From: Chiloscyllium plagiosum
Taxonomy: Eukaryota
NCBI RefSeq assembly: GCF_004010195.1
Contig: NC_057719.1
Span: forward strand, 71,154,831 to 71,218,830
DNA length: 64,000 bases
Direction: 5' to 3'
Each line of letters begins with the position of its first letter. Positions within the stretch are counted from its first letter, which is position 1. Made by a program: the position numbers and the translations under genes. The notes below the pieces were generated by a model, which saw only the letters and a list, made by a program, of their open reading frames with translations, made no database searches and had not been told where the DNA came from. Positions 51,490-63,080 of this stretch are shown here, piece after piece.

Positions 51490-52780
51490 CAATCAGTTTA
51501 ATCTCAGTGGTAAGGAGGTTATTAAAAAGAAGTCTAAGGAACAGAATAAATCAACACCTTGAGAGACACGGAATAATCAAGGATAGTCATCCTGGATTTA
51601 TTGAGGGAAGGTCATGGTTGACAACTTTGATCAAATTTCTTTGAAGAGGTAACTAGGATTGTCGATTGGGGTAATACATTTGATGTGGTCTACTTTGACT
51701 TTAGAAAGGCTTTGATAAGTCACATTATAACACATTAGTCAAGGAAGTAAGAGTCCATAGCACATTGGATCCCAAATTGCATGAGAGGTAAGAAGCAAGA
51801 GGGCGACGGTAGGGGAGCTCTGCATCTGTGACTGGTGATTTGTTTCCAGTGGGTTCCACTGAACCAGTGGTGGAGTTGTCGCTGTTTGTGATACACATTA
51901 ACGATTTGGACTTCAAAGTATAATCAAGGAGTTTGCAGATGACATGAAAATTGGTAAAGTGGGAAATAATGATGTGCATGGCCTTAAACTGCAGACGAAT
52001 ATCAACAGACTGTTCAGGTGGACAGAGCAGTGGTAAATGGAATTTGACCTGCAAAGGTGTAGGGTATTGTAAGGAGTCCCAACAAAGTATGAATGATAGG
52101 ACCCTGGAAATTACCAAAGATCAGAGGGATCTTCGTGTGCATATTTGCAGATTCCTGAAGGAGCAGGAAGATAAGATAGCTGAGAAGGCATCTGGGAGAC
52201 TTGTCTTTTTTAGCCAAGGCATAGAATAATGCAAGAGCAAGGAGGCTATGCTGAAAATTAATAAAATGCTAGTTAGGCTGCAACTGGAGGACCACATGCA
52301 TTCTGGTCACTAGATTCTAAAAATGTGGTGATTGCGCTGGAGCAGGTACAGAGAAGGTTTACCAGGGTACTGCCTGCACTGAGGATCTGTGCTTTGAGTA
52401 AAGGTTGGATATCTGGGGTTGCTTTCCTTGGAACAGCAAAGGTTAAGAGAGGACCTGATAGAAGTGTATAAGATTATGAGGAGCGTAGTTAAAATGGACA
52501 GGGAGGTACTTTTTCCATTAATAGATGAATAACCAGAAAACGCAGATTTCAGGTATGCTGTGGAAGGGTGAGAGAAGAGATGAGGGGGATTTCTTTAACC
52601 CAGAGGTCAGCGGAACTCACTGCCTGAAAGAATGGTTAAGCCAGAAACTCTGGGAACATTTAAACAGTATTTAGATGTTCACTTGTGTTGAAGCTTGCAT
52701 GACTATGGGTCAAAATCTGGAAAATGGGATTAGTGTCATCAGATCACATCTTGGACCTGTACTGGATGAGCCCTTTGACT
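51490..52780 (+). mobile_element. Old CR1 RT and 3' part (continuation of 49325-50050)
   Basis: tttgatgtggtctactttgactttagaaaggctttgataag (DVVY.DF.KAFDK); gagtttgcagatgacatgaaaattgg (FADD.KI). Confidence 0.8.
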
Positions 52781-55619
52781 CCCTGCTTGACTGTAGTGTC
52801 CCTTGAGTTCACTAAGGATTGGACTTCTTTGACTTTCAGACAAAGCCGGGTGGTTGAAGCACATTCACTTTGTTTGCTGCATAAGCTGCTGACGCGTGCT
52901 GTGGATTTAAAACTAATATTAGCACAGAGCCATATAAAAACATGTCCTCTCTTCTATTCAGCCCTCTGGACTGTGACAAGCTGCCTGCCTCTCCTGCACT
53001 AAAAAAGCAAAGCAAGCCAGAGAGCTTGGCAATCTCTGAGTAAGTGAGCTGACTGCAATAAGATACATCTAGTGCAGATGTATGAGATGTGCATATGTTC
53101 CTGAGCATAAAGTGATCTGGGAATTGGTCTGAAAGCAGCCATGATAATTGCTGAGGCTGCTGTATTGGGTGATGTACACTTGTGACAATGAATGATGAAA
53201 GATGACTGTGTTTATTGAGCATGCACAGAAAGGATGGTGAAGGTGAAGTTGGCTGAAGGCCTGAAGAAGCAAACAGCGAGCTGCTGTGACCAGTAACCAC
53301 CCTGGCTTTTGTGTCAGGCATGGAAGCTGCATAGAACTGAAGTGAGATTATCAAATAATAAGCAAGTGCATAGAAATAAGGCAGTCACCATCCATTAGCT
53401 CAATTCAGAACCCACAGTTTGAGCCCAAAGAGTAAAATCAGAACTTTCTTTCTCAATGTTAAGATTATATCACTTTCATTGTATTTTCCAAAATTTCTCT
53501 CGATTGCCAACCCTGATGCCTGGAGTGGGAAATTCTGCCCATTGATTCTTGGCTTCGACCTATTATTCTATTTGTACAAAACATAGGTATGGCAATTTCA
53601 TCAAGGTGCTTTCATGTTTAGTTTTTAATGTTTCTGTTTGTTGCTTTCTGCAACTGAATGTTTATTTAGTCAGGCCAACATTTCCTATTGAGTATTCTAA
53701 TTACAGTACTTTGTGGCAAAGCTGCAGATCACATTAACATCAATAATTCTTTATGGCTGATCTGATTTCCTCCAGAGATGAAAATTCTGCATCAACATCA
53801 GAATGATCATTTACAACAGTTTTAACATCTGTATTTATCATCATATTAAGAGATGGATGAGACTAAATGCAAGATAGCTTCAGGAAAGGTACCGATTATA
53901 TAGATAAGGACTGGGATATGGTTCATTTCAGAAGAACCTACTTTTGTAGAACAAAACAGCTGTTCAGAAAAGGAGATAGTAATATATTGAGATGTTTAAG
54001 GTGCATTCATTAACTCAAGGCACATGTCTCAGCTACTTATGTGAGCATATTAAAAATCTAAAAGTTACCTACCTAACTTAGTCGAAATAAATAAGTTAAT
54101 TTCTGCAACATTAATAGTCTTGAATAATTACAGATATAGCTATTAACACTGTTAGAGGCAGAGGTTTGGCGTAGGGGGAGATGAGTAAAAAGAACAAGCT
54201 TTTGGATTTTGGGTTTGTCCACATCCTCCCGTCAGAAGAGGCCACAGATTGCAGGTGAGATTGTTAGCTGCTGTTAGGGAGTTCGAGACGGTGGATGGAT
54301 GATTTGGCCTGTCTGTGCTGGTTCCTCTCCAGTATGCAAGAATTCTTCATTATTCTGAATGAGCTAATAAGGTTAGGACATGGAAATATCACTGCAGCAA
54401 AAAAAACGTAAACTCTCCTGAGCAATCAGAACTTTAATCAACAGGCACTCAACTGATTTTCTGCTCTGTAAGATTCTAGACAAGGCAGCACATCGAGTGA
54501 ATGCATCATCACAGAATTAGAAACTGAGTGCTGCAATGAACAACACTGATAGCTGGAAATGGATTTGTAACTTGGGAGAGACGTTTTTGAAATAGTGATG
54601 ATGTTAAAGGGGTAAATGCATTAACACCTCTTTATTACCTACTCTGCAATCCCTATTAGCTATGTATATGCATGTGCTATTCTCCCATGTGATGGAGAGA
54701 AACTATATGGCAACAATTCCCACCATGAAAGTCAGAGCAAGTACCTGGCAGATCCAGCTCACCACTTGCTCCTCCAGACCTGCAACTTGCACAGCAGTCT
54801 CTAACATCTCAAGGCATGCTTCATGGGCAGTGATCGCTGGTGTCCTTTTTTCACAGAGTCGGCATCAGACATGCACCAGCCTCACGATATCATCATGACA
54901 CACCTCTGACCCACTCAGAATACAATTGCCCCCTCCTCTCTTTCAGCTTGCAGAGCACTGTCACCTCAGTCAGGCCACTTTGCAGGGTCAGCACCCAGGC
55001 TAAACTGAAGCAGTTCATCAACTTTGCCCACAACTTCCACCCCACCCTCAAATTGCCCCAACTCTTCTGCTATTACATCGATCACTGCATTGATGCAGCA
55101 TCTTGCACCCAGGCTGAACTGGAGCAGTTGATAAGCTTTGCCCACAACTTCCACCCAGCCCTCAAATTCACTTGGACTATCTCAGACACCTTCCTCCCTT
55201 TCTTGACCTCTCCATTTTCACCTCAGGCAATAGTCTCCAAACAGACTTTTACTACTAGCTCACAGACTCCCATAACTACCAGACTACACCTCCTCCCCAC
55301 CCAGTATCCTGCAAGAACTCCATTCCATTCTTCATCTACTGCTCTAACACCGCCTCCCTAAACACAATAATGATAGAGACCCCTTATCCTCGCCTACCAC
55401 CCCACAAGTCTCCGTGTCCAATGCATCATCCTTAATCAGTTCTGCCAACTCCAACTCGACCCAAACACCAACAACATCTTCCCTTCCCTGACCCCCTTTG
55501 CCCTCCATAGGAACCATTTCCTTCAACAGTTCTTGATTTGTGCTGCTCTCCCCACCAACACCAACCCTCGAGCCCACACCTCCCCCCCCCCCCCCGTACC
55601 TTCCCCCGCCACCGCCAAA

Positions 55620-56274
55620 NNNNNNNNNNNNNNNNNNNNNNNNNNNNNNNNNNNNNNNNNNNNNNNNNNNNNNNNNNNNNNNNNNNNNNNNNNNNNNNNN
55701 NNNNNNNNNNNNNNNNNNNNNNNNNNNNNNNNNNNNNNNNNNNNNNNNNNNNNNNNNNNNNNNNNNNNNNNNNNNNNNNNNNNNNNNNNNNNNNNNNNNN
55801 NNNNNNNNNNNNNNNNNNNNNNNNNNNNNNNNNNNNNNNNNNNNNNNNNNNNNNNNNNNNNNNNNNNNNNNNNNNNNNNNNNNNNNNNNNNNNNNNNNNN
55901 NNNNNNNNNNNNNNNNNNNNNNNNNNNNNNNNNNNNNNNNNNNNNNNNNNNNNNNNNNNNNNNNNNNNNNNNNNNNNNNNNNNNNNNNNNNNNNNNNNNN
56001 NNNNNNNNNNNNNNNNNNNNNNNNNNNNNNNNNNNNNNNNNNNNNNNNNNNNNNNNNNNNNNNNNNNNNNNNNNNNNNNNNNNNNNNNNNNNNNNNNNNN
56101 NNNNNNNNNNNNNNNNNNNNNNNNNNNNNNNNNNNNNNNNNNNNNNNNNNNNNNNNNNNNNNNNNNNNNNNNNNNNNNNNNNNNNNNNNNNNNNNNNNNN
56201 NNNNNNNNNNNNNNNNNNNNNNNNNNNNNNNNNNNNNNNNNNNNNNNNNNNNNNNNNNNNNNNNNNNNNNNNNN
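55620..56274. other. Assembly gap
   Basis: N run. Confidence 1.
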
Positions 56275-56469
56275 AGTAACCTCCCATGCCAACCTGCAAC
56301 CCTCATCCTAGCCTCTCCCCCTACCTTCCACACCTCTCTGTCACCAAGTGGATTCATCCCTCCTATTGGCAAACCAGGTCGTATCCTCTACCTGTCTTCA
56401 CCTATCCCTACTTCACCACCCTGCCCCCTGCCACCCCCTTTATTTGTAGCTCCTCCTACACCCACCCCC

Positions 56470-56504
56470 AGTCCTGAAGGAGGATCACACCTGAAATGTC
56501 GACT
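56470..56504 (+). ncRNA. Decayed minimal hammerhead ribozyme motif
   Basis: AGTC-CTGAAGg-AGG-atcaca-CCT-GAAA-tGTC-GACT; perfect 4-bp stem I AGTC/GACT, A9 changed to G. Confidence 0.6.
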
Positions 56505-56827
56505 TCTGCACCTCCTGATGCTGCCTGGCTTGCTGTGTTCTTCCAGCCTCCTGCCTGTCTACTGATCATGGATCGTAGCATGGTGCATCTCAGGACCTTT
56601 AGCTTGCTGTCTTAGCCCTCAATCACTTTGCATCTACTGAGACACTTTATGTCATCTCTGCCTTGCCTTTACTTTTTGCACTTTGCCACCTCATTCAGAA
56701 TTTACTGCCTCACTGTACTTAAGTCTTGTCTTGTCCTGCCTTTTAATTCATTATGTTCACCAACAATGACCAGTCAAGGGTGGAGAATGTTATGTATGGA
56801 ACTTTGCTGCGTAAATGTCACATATAT

Positions 56828-56920
56828 TAAGTTAAAGTCATTCTAGTCCAAGATAGGACTGCTCTCTCATTAGAGAAAAAGAGACGACTGGTGGTGAATT
56901 TAACCTAAGGGTCACCACAT
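56828..56920 (-). mobile_element. Short retroposon 3' tail fragment
   Basis: Reverse-complement homologue of 23680-23788. Confidence 0.55.
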
Positions 56921-59117
56921 CATACAACATGTTGATAACAGCTTATGCTGCAAACAACTAAATGTGCTTCAGCCAAATGACCATGTCTCAAAGATATATT
57001 TGTGAAACTTTCAGATAAATTTGATTCAGTACTTAAAACTCCTTCCCTCCACTCAGTTCAGTGACATTGCTAAAGCACGTAACATTCCATTGAAAGAAAA
57101 GTGTATATAAAGGGGTAAATTTAATCATTGCATTCCCTACTCGGTTTTAAAAGGGTAGATGGATTGAATAGTTGGAGAAAAAAATTGCAATATTTTAATC
57201 TTCACATTCCCTTCGAGCACAACTTCTTAGGTTCAAGGCTGATCATTGGACTTACCCCATAGCTCTCGATCAGTCATTGATTATAGAGAGAAATTTCCCT
57301 TCCAAAAGTATTGTACTGTGGCATTTTAATAATGATTTTGCAATTATGTTATTAAGTATTCAGTTCTAAACACATGGCTTACTGGCTTAAACCTCCATTA
57401 ATGGGGTTTATCGAAAATTTGATAATTTATATCGTGTTAAGAACTATTACATTTTGCAAATAGAGTCAACTTTTCTGACTCTGCCAATGTTTTAATTTGT
57501 TGTGGCATTAAACTTCTATTTACTCATGGAACAGACAACATATGATCTTACCACTACAACATATAACCTTATTTAAACCTTTTGCCAAGTGATTGGGAAG
57601 GTAGCTGTCTTGTTATTTGTTCACAGGGTTTTCTTGACATATGATGGAAGAAGATGTGATTGAGAGCCAAAGATTGTCACCCTCCTCTCTCGTGGCTTTT
57701 CAGAAACAAATACCACTGTCAGATATTCCAGGTTTCTGGCACTTTCAGGTGAGAACTTTCTAAGTGGCACATTTATCTGCATTGTGGTTTATGGGGCTGG
57801 GAGGCTTATTCACATTGAATTATGTTAGGGTTTACAGCACAGAAACAGGCATTTGGCTCACTTGATCTATACCAGAGTTTATGTGACAAATGAGCCACCT
57901 CCCACTTAATTCATCTACCCTATACAGTACACATATTCTTTCTTTGTTTAGCCTTCCCAAGAAACTTATCTACACTGTTCACCTCCATCACTCCATATTG
58001 TAGCAACAGTCATAGTCTACATTTCTCCTGAATTCTTTTATTAGTAACTCTACTATTTATGACATGGTCATTCTTTCTTTCTTGCTGTTGACAGCGTAAA
58101 CTGTGGTCATGATCGCTGACCTTTAACTGGTGGGCTTAATTTGTTGGTGATGAAATAATGTTCTTTTTAGCTGCAGTTCACCAAATTACCAAAAAGAAAC
58201 ATATTTCATTTGCCAATTTTACCTTTGACATCCAAAAGATCACTGTCTTAATAGAAGTTGTACTAATTTTATGCATTCATGTTCAGTAAAAAGCATTTTC
58301 CTTTTAACAAACTGTGAAAAGAAACTGAGAGCAACTGGGAATCTCTTGATAATCGAACCAAATGACTTTTATTTCATATTTGTATCCCTGACTGATATTG
58401 ATAGTAGAGATATAATAAAAGTAATCTTAGCTATCAGCTTTGGCAATTTTAGAGCAGAAGACAAAATTCATTTTAAAGAAACATAGAACTTTAAATGAAG
58501 AAGTCAGAATTAGTGAACTCGTAAAGATCAATGTTAATACTATTCTTAAATAAATGTAATTCAATCAGCAACTTTTCAGGAATGCAACTCTGAATATTCA
58601 CTCACCTTTTCCCATAAATGATGTGGAACATTTAACAATTTTCTCACTGTTGGTGCAGGAAGCTTGAATTTTGTAAGACATGGTTTGCTTTGTAACGCAA
58701 AAAGGGCAAAACCTAAGATTTGAAGTTGTGCCAGAATAAAACAAAGCAGGCGTATCATATTGCTCCCACTTAAACAAGAGCAAACATTTCTGCCTTTTAT
58801 TCCAACCAAATGCGTTTATAACTGGAAATGCCCTACATGACTAAATGAAACCAAAGTTGTATGTGTTTATGATTTGTTGATTTCAACCTTCAACTAGTTC
58901 AGAGTTTGAACCTACGAGTGCAAAATTAAACTTGATAACATCTTATTGTGAAGTAAATGTACTGTTTAAGATAATTTAAAGCAAATTTGGTAAGGTTATT
59001 CAATTATTTTATTGTTGATACTGCTAACAAAAAAAACAGAAAAAGTATCTATTCACTTGTTTTTTGTACAGTACATGGATAGCTTATAACCTCACTTTAA
59101 TGTAAAAATTCACAATT

Positions 59118-59385
59118 GATTCTCTACAGTGTGGAAACAGGCCCTTCGGCCCAACCGATCCTCCTAAGAGCAACCCACACCCCTCTGACTAATGCACCTA
59201 ACACAATGAGCAATTTAGTGCTGCACATCTTTGGGCAGAAGCCCATGCAGGTACAGGGAGAATGTGCAAACTCCATACAGTTTTTGTAAAAAATGTGCAA
59301 ACTCCATACAGACAGTCACCCAAGGCTAGAACTGAACCTGGGATTATGAGGCAGCAGTGCTAACCACTGAGCCATCATGCCACCC
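59118..59385 (-). mobile_element. V-SINE/HE1-type SINE, internally deleted, with 20-bp internal duplication
   Basis: gaggcagcagtgctaaccactgagccatcatgccaccc head; aatgtgcaaactccatacag occurs twice. Confidence 0.88.
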
Positions 59386-60330
59386 TTGAAGCAGAGGATA
59401 TATATTATTAACTAACGCGGCTGGCACAGAGCTTCACCCACAAGGAGCATGTATGTGGATTTAGATGTTGCAGAGACAAGTCAACCTTGCAGGGTTTTCC
59501 ACCCATTCTTGAAACTTTGCATCAGGATCCAGATTTCATAAAAAAACAATATCTATCTTTCATGTGGATTGAATGTAATTATTGATTTCCAGATACTGAT
59601 TTATACCTATAGGCCAATGCAAATTTCAGCTATTCCTCTGTGAATATTTTCTGAATTATGACTTATGAAATTAAATGTTCCTATGTCAATTTGGTGCATG
59701 AACGTGGCTATCTTCCACGGTTCAGTATAAGAATAAAATATGCAGGATTACTGAGGATCAGATTACAATCTCACTCTTCACCTTCATTTCTTTTATTAAG
59801 GTTTATTTGAGCTGTACTCACTGTTGAAAATGATACCCCCAATATTGAGAGGCTCCATTGGCAGTGCAGACTGATGAAGATTCAGGTCAGCCCTCATTTG
59901 TGGCACCTTTCATTGTGTGACAGGGAAAATAATCAGGCAAATGGGAGGAGGAGAAACAACCAGGCGAAATCTAATTTCAATACATAAATTATCCTTAAAA
60001 CTAAATTTGGCTTTGAAAATGTTGCCACGAAATCAGGACTTGCTTTTGAATATCATTTTTCACAGAACGTCCCAAAGTGCATTACAGCCAATGAAGGACC
60101 TTTGAAATGTAATCATCGTTGTGAAGAGACTTCTTCTGTTCTTCCATAAGTGCCTTTTTCTCCACAGAGATTTTTTTTGCCAATATCTGTTGTTTGTAGT
60201 TGCAGTTGAACTTACAGCAGTAAAGTGTAGCGGATGAGAATTGCTTTGAGCACTCCTGTAGCACTACTCAAATTAGATGACAAAAATCATATCACAATGT
60301 CCAATGATACTTGAGCAATGATGTCCTCAA

Positions 60331-60510
60331 ATGTCAGTCAGGGTCCAACAATTCTACCTGGGTCAATTACATGAGACCTCTCATTGCCAGTTTTGTTTCA
60401 CAGAAGAGGTTATCAGTGAACAATGCCAAGTGCTCCAGGAAGCTCTCCAGGCAACATCTACAAAAAGAGATTCATTCACGAACCTGTCTGGGAAATCTGT
60501 TACATCAGCC
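60331..60510 (+). mobile_element. Harbinger transposase N-terminal relic
   Basis: FCFTEEVISEQCQVLQEALQATSTKRDSFTNLSGKSVTSA resembles HARBI1-like RF.KE...ELC.LL...LQP......ALPV..KVT.AL. Confidence 0.45.
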
Positions 60511-60879
60511 AGTTTGCTGCCCACTGTTGTAAAAAACATGGGTTAAATTAGATAATTCTCAAAAATAGGTTTGGGAGTCTCAATCCCCAATTATCTACAC
60601 CCATTTGATGAAATGCAGTCAGCACAACAACTTCACGTTACTTGCTTATTGTTGTGATCTCTGTATGATGTCAGTCATAACTGCACTGCTGATTGGCTGC
60701 AGAGAGCCAATATTGTTATTTGCCAATGCTATTTAGGATTAACCAGCACTGCTGGAAGCAAGCATCTATCTTTCACTTTGGGAAGTACATTTTAGCTGAA
60801 GATGGTACTGAGAATAGACTGTGAGAGCTGAATCTGACAGAAAGATGAGACGAAAGGCTGAATATGGGGGACAGATCAA

Positions 60880-61040
60880 GCACACAATTTTCAGATGATG
60901 ATTCTGAGGTCTTTGTGGAGGTGATGGAAAGATGTCAAGTTCATCCTGCATCCACAGAGGGAAGGAAACCCTCCAGATTGATGCTTAGGAATATGTGGAA
61001 GCAGAAAACATTGAAGATCAATGTCAGGAATGCAGCATAA
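60880..61040 (+). mobile_element. Harbinger Myb/SANT-like ORF relic
   Basis: Manual translation TQFSDDDSEVFVEVMERCQVHPASTEGRKPSRLMLRNMWKQKTLKINVRN* resembles PRFSD..LE.LVE.V......P....RPS...LR..W..IA..VN. Confidence 0.55.
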
Positions 61041-61620
61041 AACAAAGGCCCAGATTTTCACAAGGCAACAAAGACGCTGAAGGTGGGCAGGACCTGGATG
61101 CTGAAGTCCCACTCCTGCATTCAACAAAACTAACCTCTCATAGTTGGAGAAAGGGGGAGGTGAAGTTCAGCAAGGTCATTTAAGCATCATGTCGAGTTCA
61201 GACAGACTGCAGTTTTGCTGAAGCAAAGGCCTTAATCAGTTGTGTGAGGATCATGAATTTGTGGAAGAGACATAAATGTTCTAAGAATGGAATACATCTG
61301 CATAACCATCATGATGTGAAGTCATGTAAATCTTCAGTCTTTTAAAAATGAAAACTGTCAATGAGAGCTCATAGTCTGATTGATATTTTAAAGAGTCTAT
61401 TGAAGGAGCAGCTGCCTTTGACGTGACGTATGAATAGCAATGTGTTCTCATAAGAGATTAAATACAAGACTTTTTGAAAAATATTTGAATATGTTTTGAA
61501 TAGGTGTTTTTTTCATAGAAAAATCAACTCTTTACAGTAAAATCTATTAGATTTTTAGAACGCCATTTTATTTCATCTTCACATGGCTGCTGAAATCTGC
61601 CCAAGTTGTAATCTGAGTAG

Positions 61621-61823
61621 AAAGTGAGGTCTGCAGATGCTGGAGATCAGAGCTGAAAATGTGTTGCTGGAAAAGCGCAGCAGGTCAGGCAGCATTCAGG
61701 GAACAGGAGAATCGACGTTTCGGGCATAAGCCCTTCTTCAGGGGCTTATGCCCGAAACGTCGATTCTCCTGTTCCCTGGATGCTGCCTGACCTGCTGCGC
61801 TTTTCCAGCAACACATTTTCAGC
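61621..61823. mobile_element. Young Penelope-derived palindromic mini-element
   Basis: 83-bp inverted arms 61651-61733 / 61742-61824 (one mismatch), 8-nt loop; 14-bp perfect TSD tgtaatctgagtag (61607-61620, 61824-61837). Confidence 0.93.
61714..61741 (-). ncRNA. Minimal hammerhead ribozyme core (intact)
   Basis: - strand CTGAAGA-A-GGGC-TTAT-GCCC-GAAA-C-GTC; 5' strand of stem I lost at the inversion junction. Confidence 0.7.
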
Positions 61824-62028
61824 TGTAATCTGAGTAGGTTGGCATGAGTTGTAATGAAGCCTCATGGTGGTACAAAGGACCATTGCATGTAGCTGATTGG
61901 GTATAAGATTTCATGCATAAGCATGGGATATAAAGAGTGATGGATAATGTGGATAGAAGGGGAGGGGCATGAAGAATGAGGTCTAGAGAACCTTAGACTT
62001 TATAACATAACTGTGACAAGGTCTAGAT

Positions 62029-62528
62029 NNNNNNNNNNNNNNNNNNNNNNNNNNNNNNNNNNNNNNNNNNNNNNNNNNNNNNNNNNNNNNNNNNNNNNNN
62101 NNNNNNNNNNNNNNNNNNNNNNNNNNNNNNNNNNNNNNNNNNNNNNNNNNNNNNNNNNNNNNNNNNNNNNNNNNNNNNNNNNNNNNNNNNNNNNNNNNNN
62201 NNNNNNNNNNNNNNNNNNNNNNNNNNNNNNNNNNNNNNNNNNNNNNNNNNNNNNNNNNNNNNNNNNNNNNNNNNNNNNNNNNNNNNNNNNNNNNNNNNNN
62301 NNNNNNNNNNNNNNNNNNNNNNNNNNNNNNNNNNNNNNNNNNNNNNNNNNNNNNNNNNNNNNNNNNNNNNNNNNNNNNNNNNNNNNNNNNNNNNNNNNNN
62401 NNNNNNNNNNNNNNNNNNNNNNNNNNNNNNNNNNNNNNNNNNNNNNNNNNNNNNNNNNNNNNNNNNNNNNNNNNNNNNNNNNNNNNNNNNNNNNNNNNNN
62501 NNNNNNNNNNNNNNNNNNNNNNNNNNNN
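62029..62528. other. Assembly gap
   Basis: N run. Confidence 1.
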
Positions 62529-63080
62529 TTTGTACAAAGTTGTATTTGACTGAAAGCTGAGTTGATGTGATCATGAGCTCAGGTGGATGAACAATTCAGA
62601 CTTCATTAAAGGTGATAATTACATGTGGATGAGGGCTTTTTGGCTTGACTTTAACTTGCCTTCAGACTTAACACCTCCAGCATGGATTTTCTGGGGAACT
62701 GATCAGTACATGGGGATCTATCAACTACAGATTAACTACACACCATGAAGGTTAACTTCTGTCAACTACAGTGTCAATTCTCTCTGGAAATGTTTAGCAG
62801 TGAGTACTCGTTCCCAGAGATGTTTGGAACTATCAGACAGTTAGGGGTGGATGAAGTCCTGGATGGTTTCGAAAGCAAATCAAAAGAGAAAACATTGCTA
62901 CCATCCACAACAGCAACAACAACTACCTGAATACATTGCTGCAATGCCTGAATAGTTCAAAAGCTTAGCTGTGATGAAGAAAAATGCAAATATTCATGCT
63001 GCTCCTCCCTAAGTTCCAACCGAGTACTTCAACCCAGTGAGTTCTATTTTATTGTGTGTATGGGTCCTAACCATAGTGAT

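Larger units (their letters stand above)
54991..56563 (+). mobile_element. Penelope-like element: RT core fragment, gap, 3' terminal region
   Basis: LFCYYIDHCIDAASCTQAELEQLISFAHNFHPALKFTWTISDTFLPFL (decayed RYIDD and PLE RT downstream motif); after the gap, terminal region with hammerhead and tgatgctgcctggcttgctgtgttcttccagc. Confidence 0.85.

Noticed and set aside
55344..56565. Long ORFs of 250-340 aa
   Set aside because: Artefacts of translating through the N gap
61983..62574. ORFs of ~180 aa
   Set aside because: Almost entirely N gap
62848..62880. Hammerhead-like ggatgaagtcc...tcgaaagc
   Set aside because: CUGA core broken, stem II poorly paired, no PLE flanking sequence
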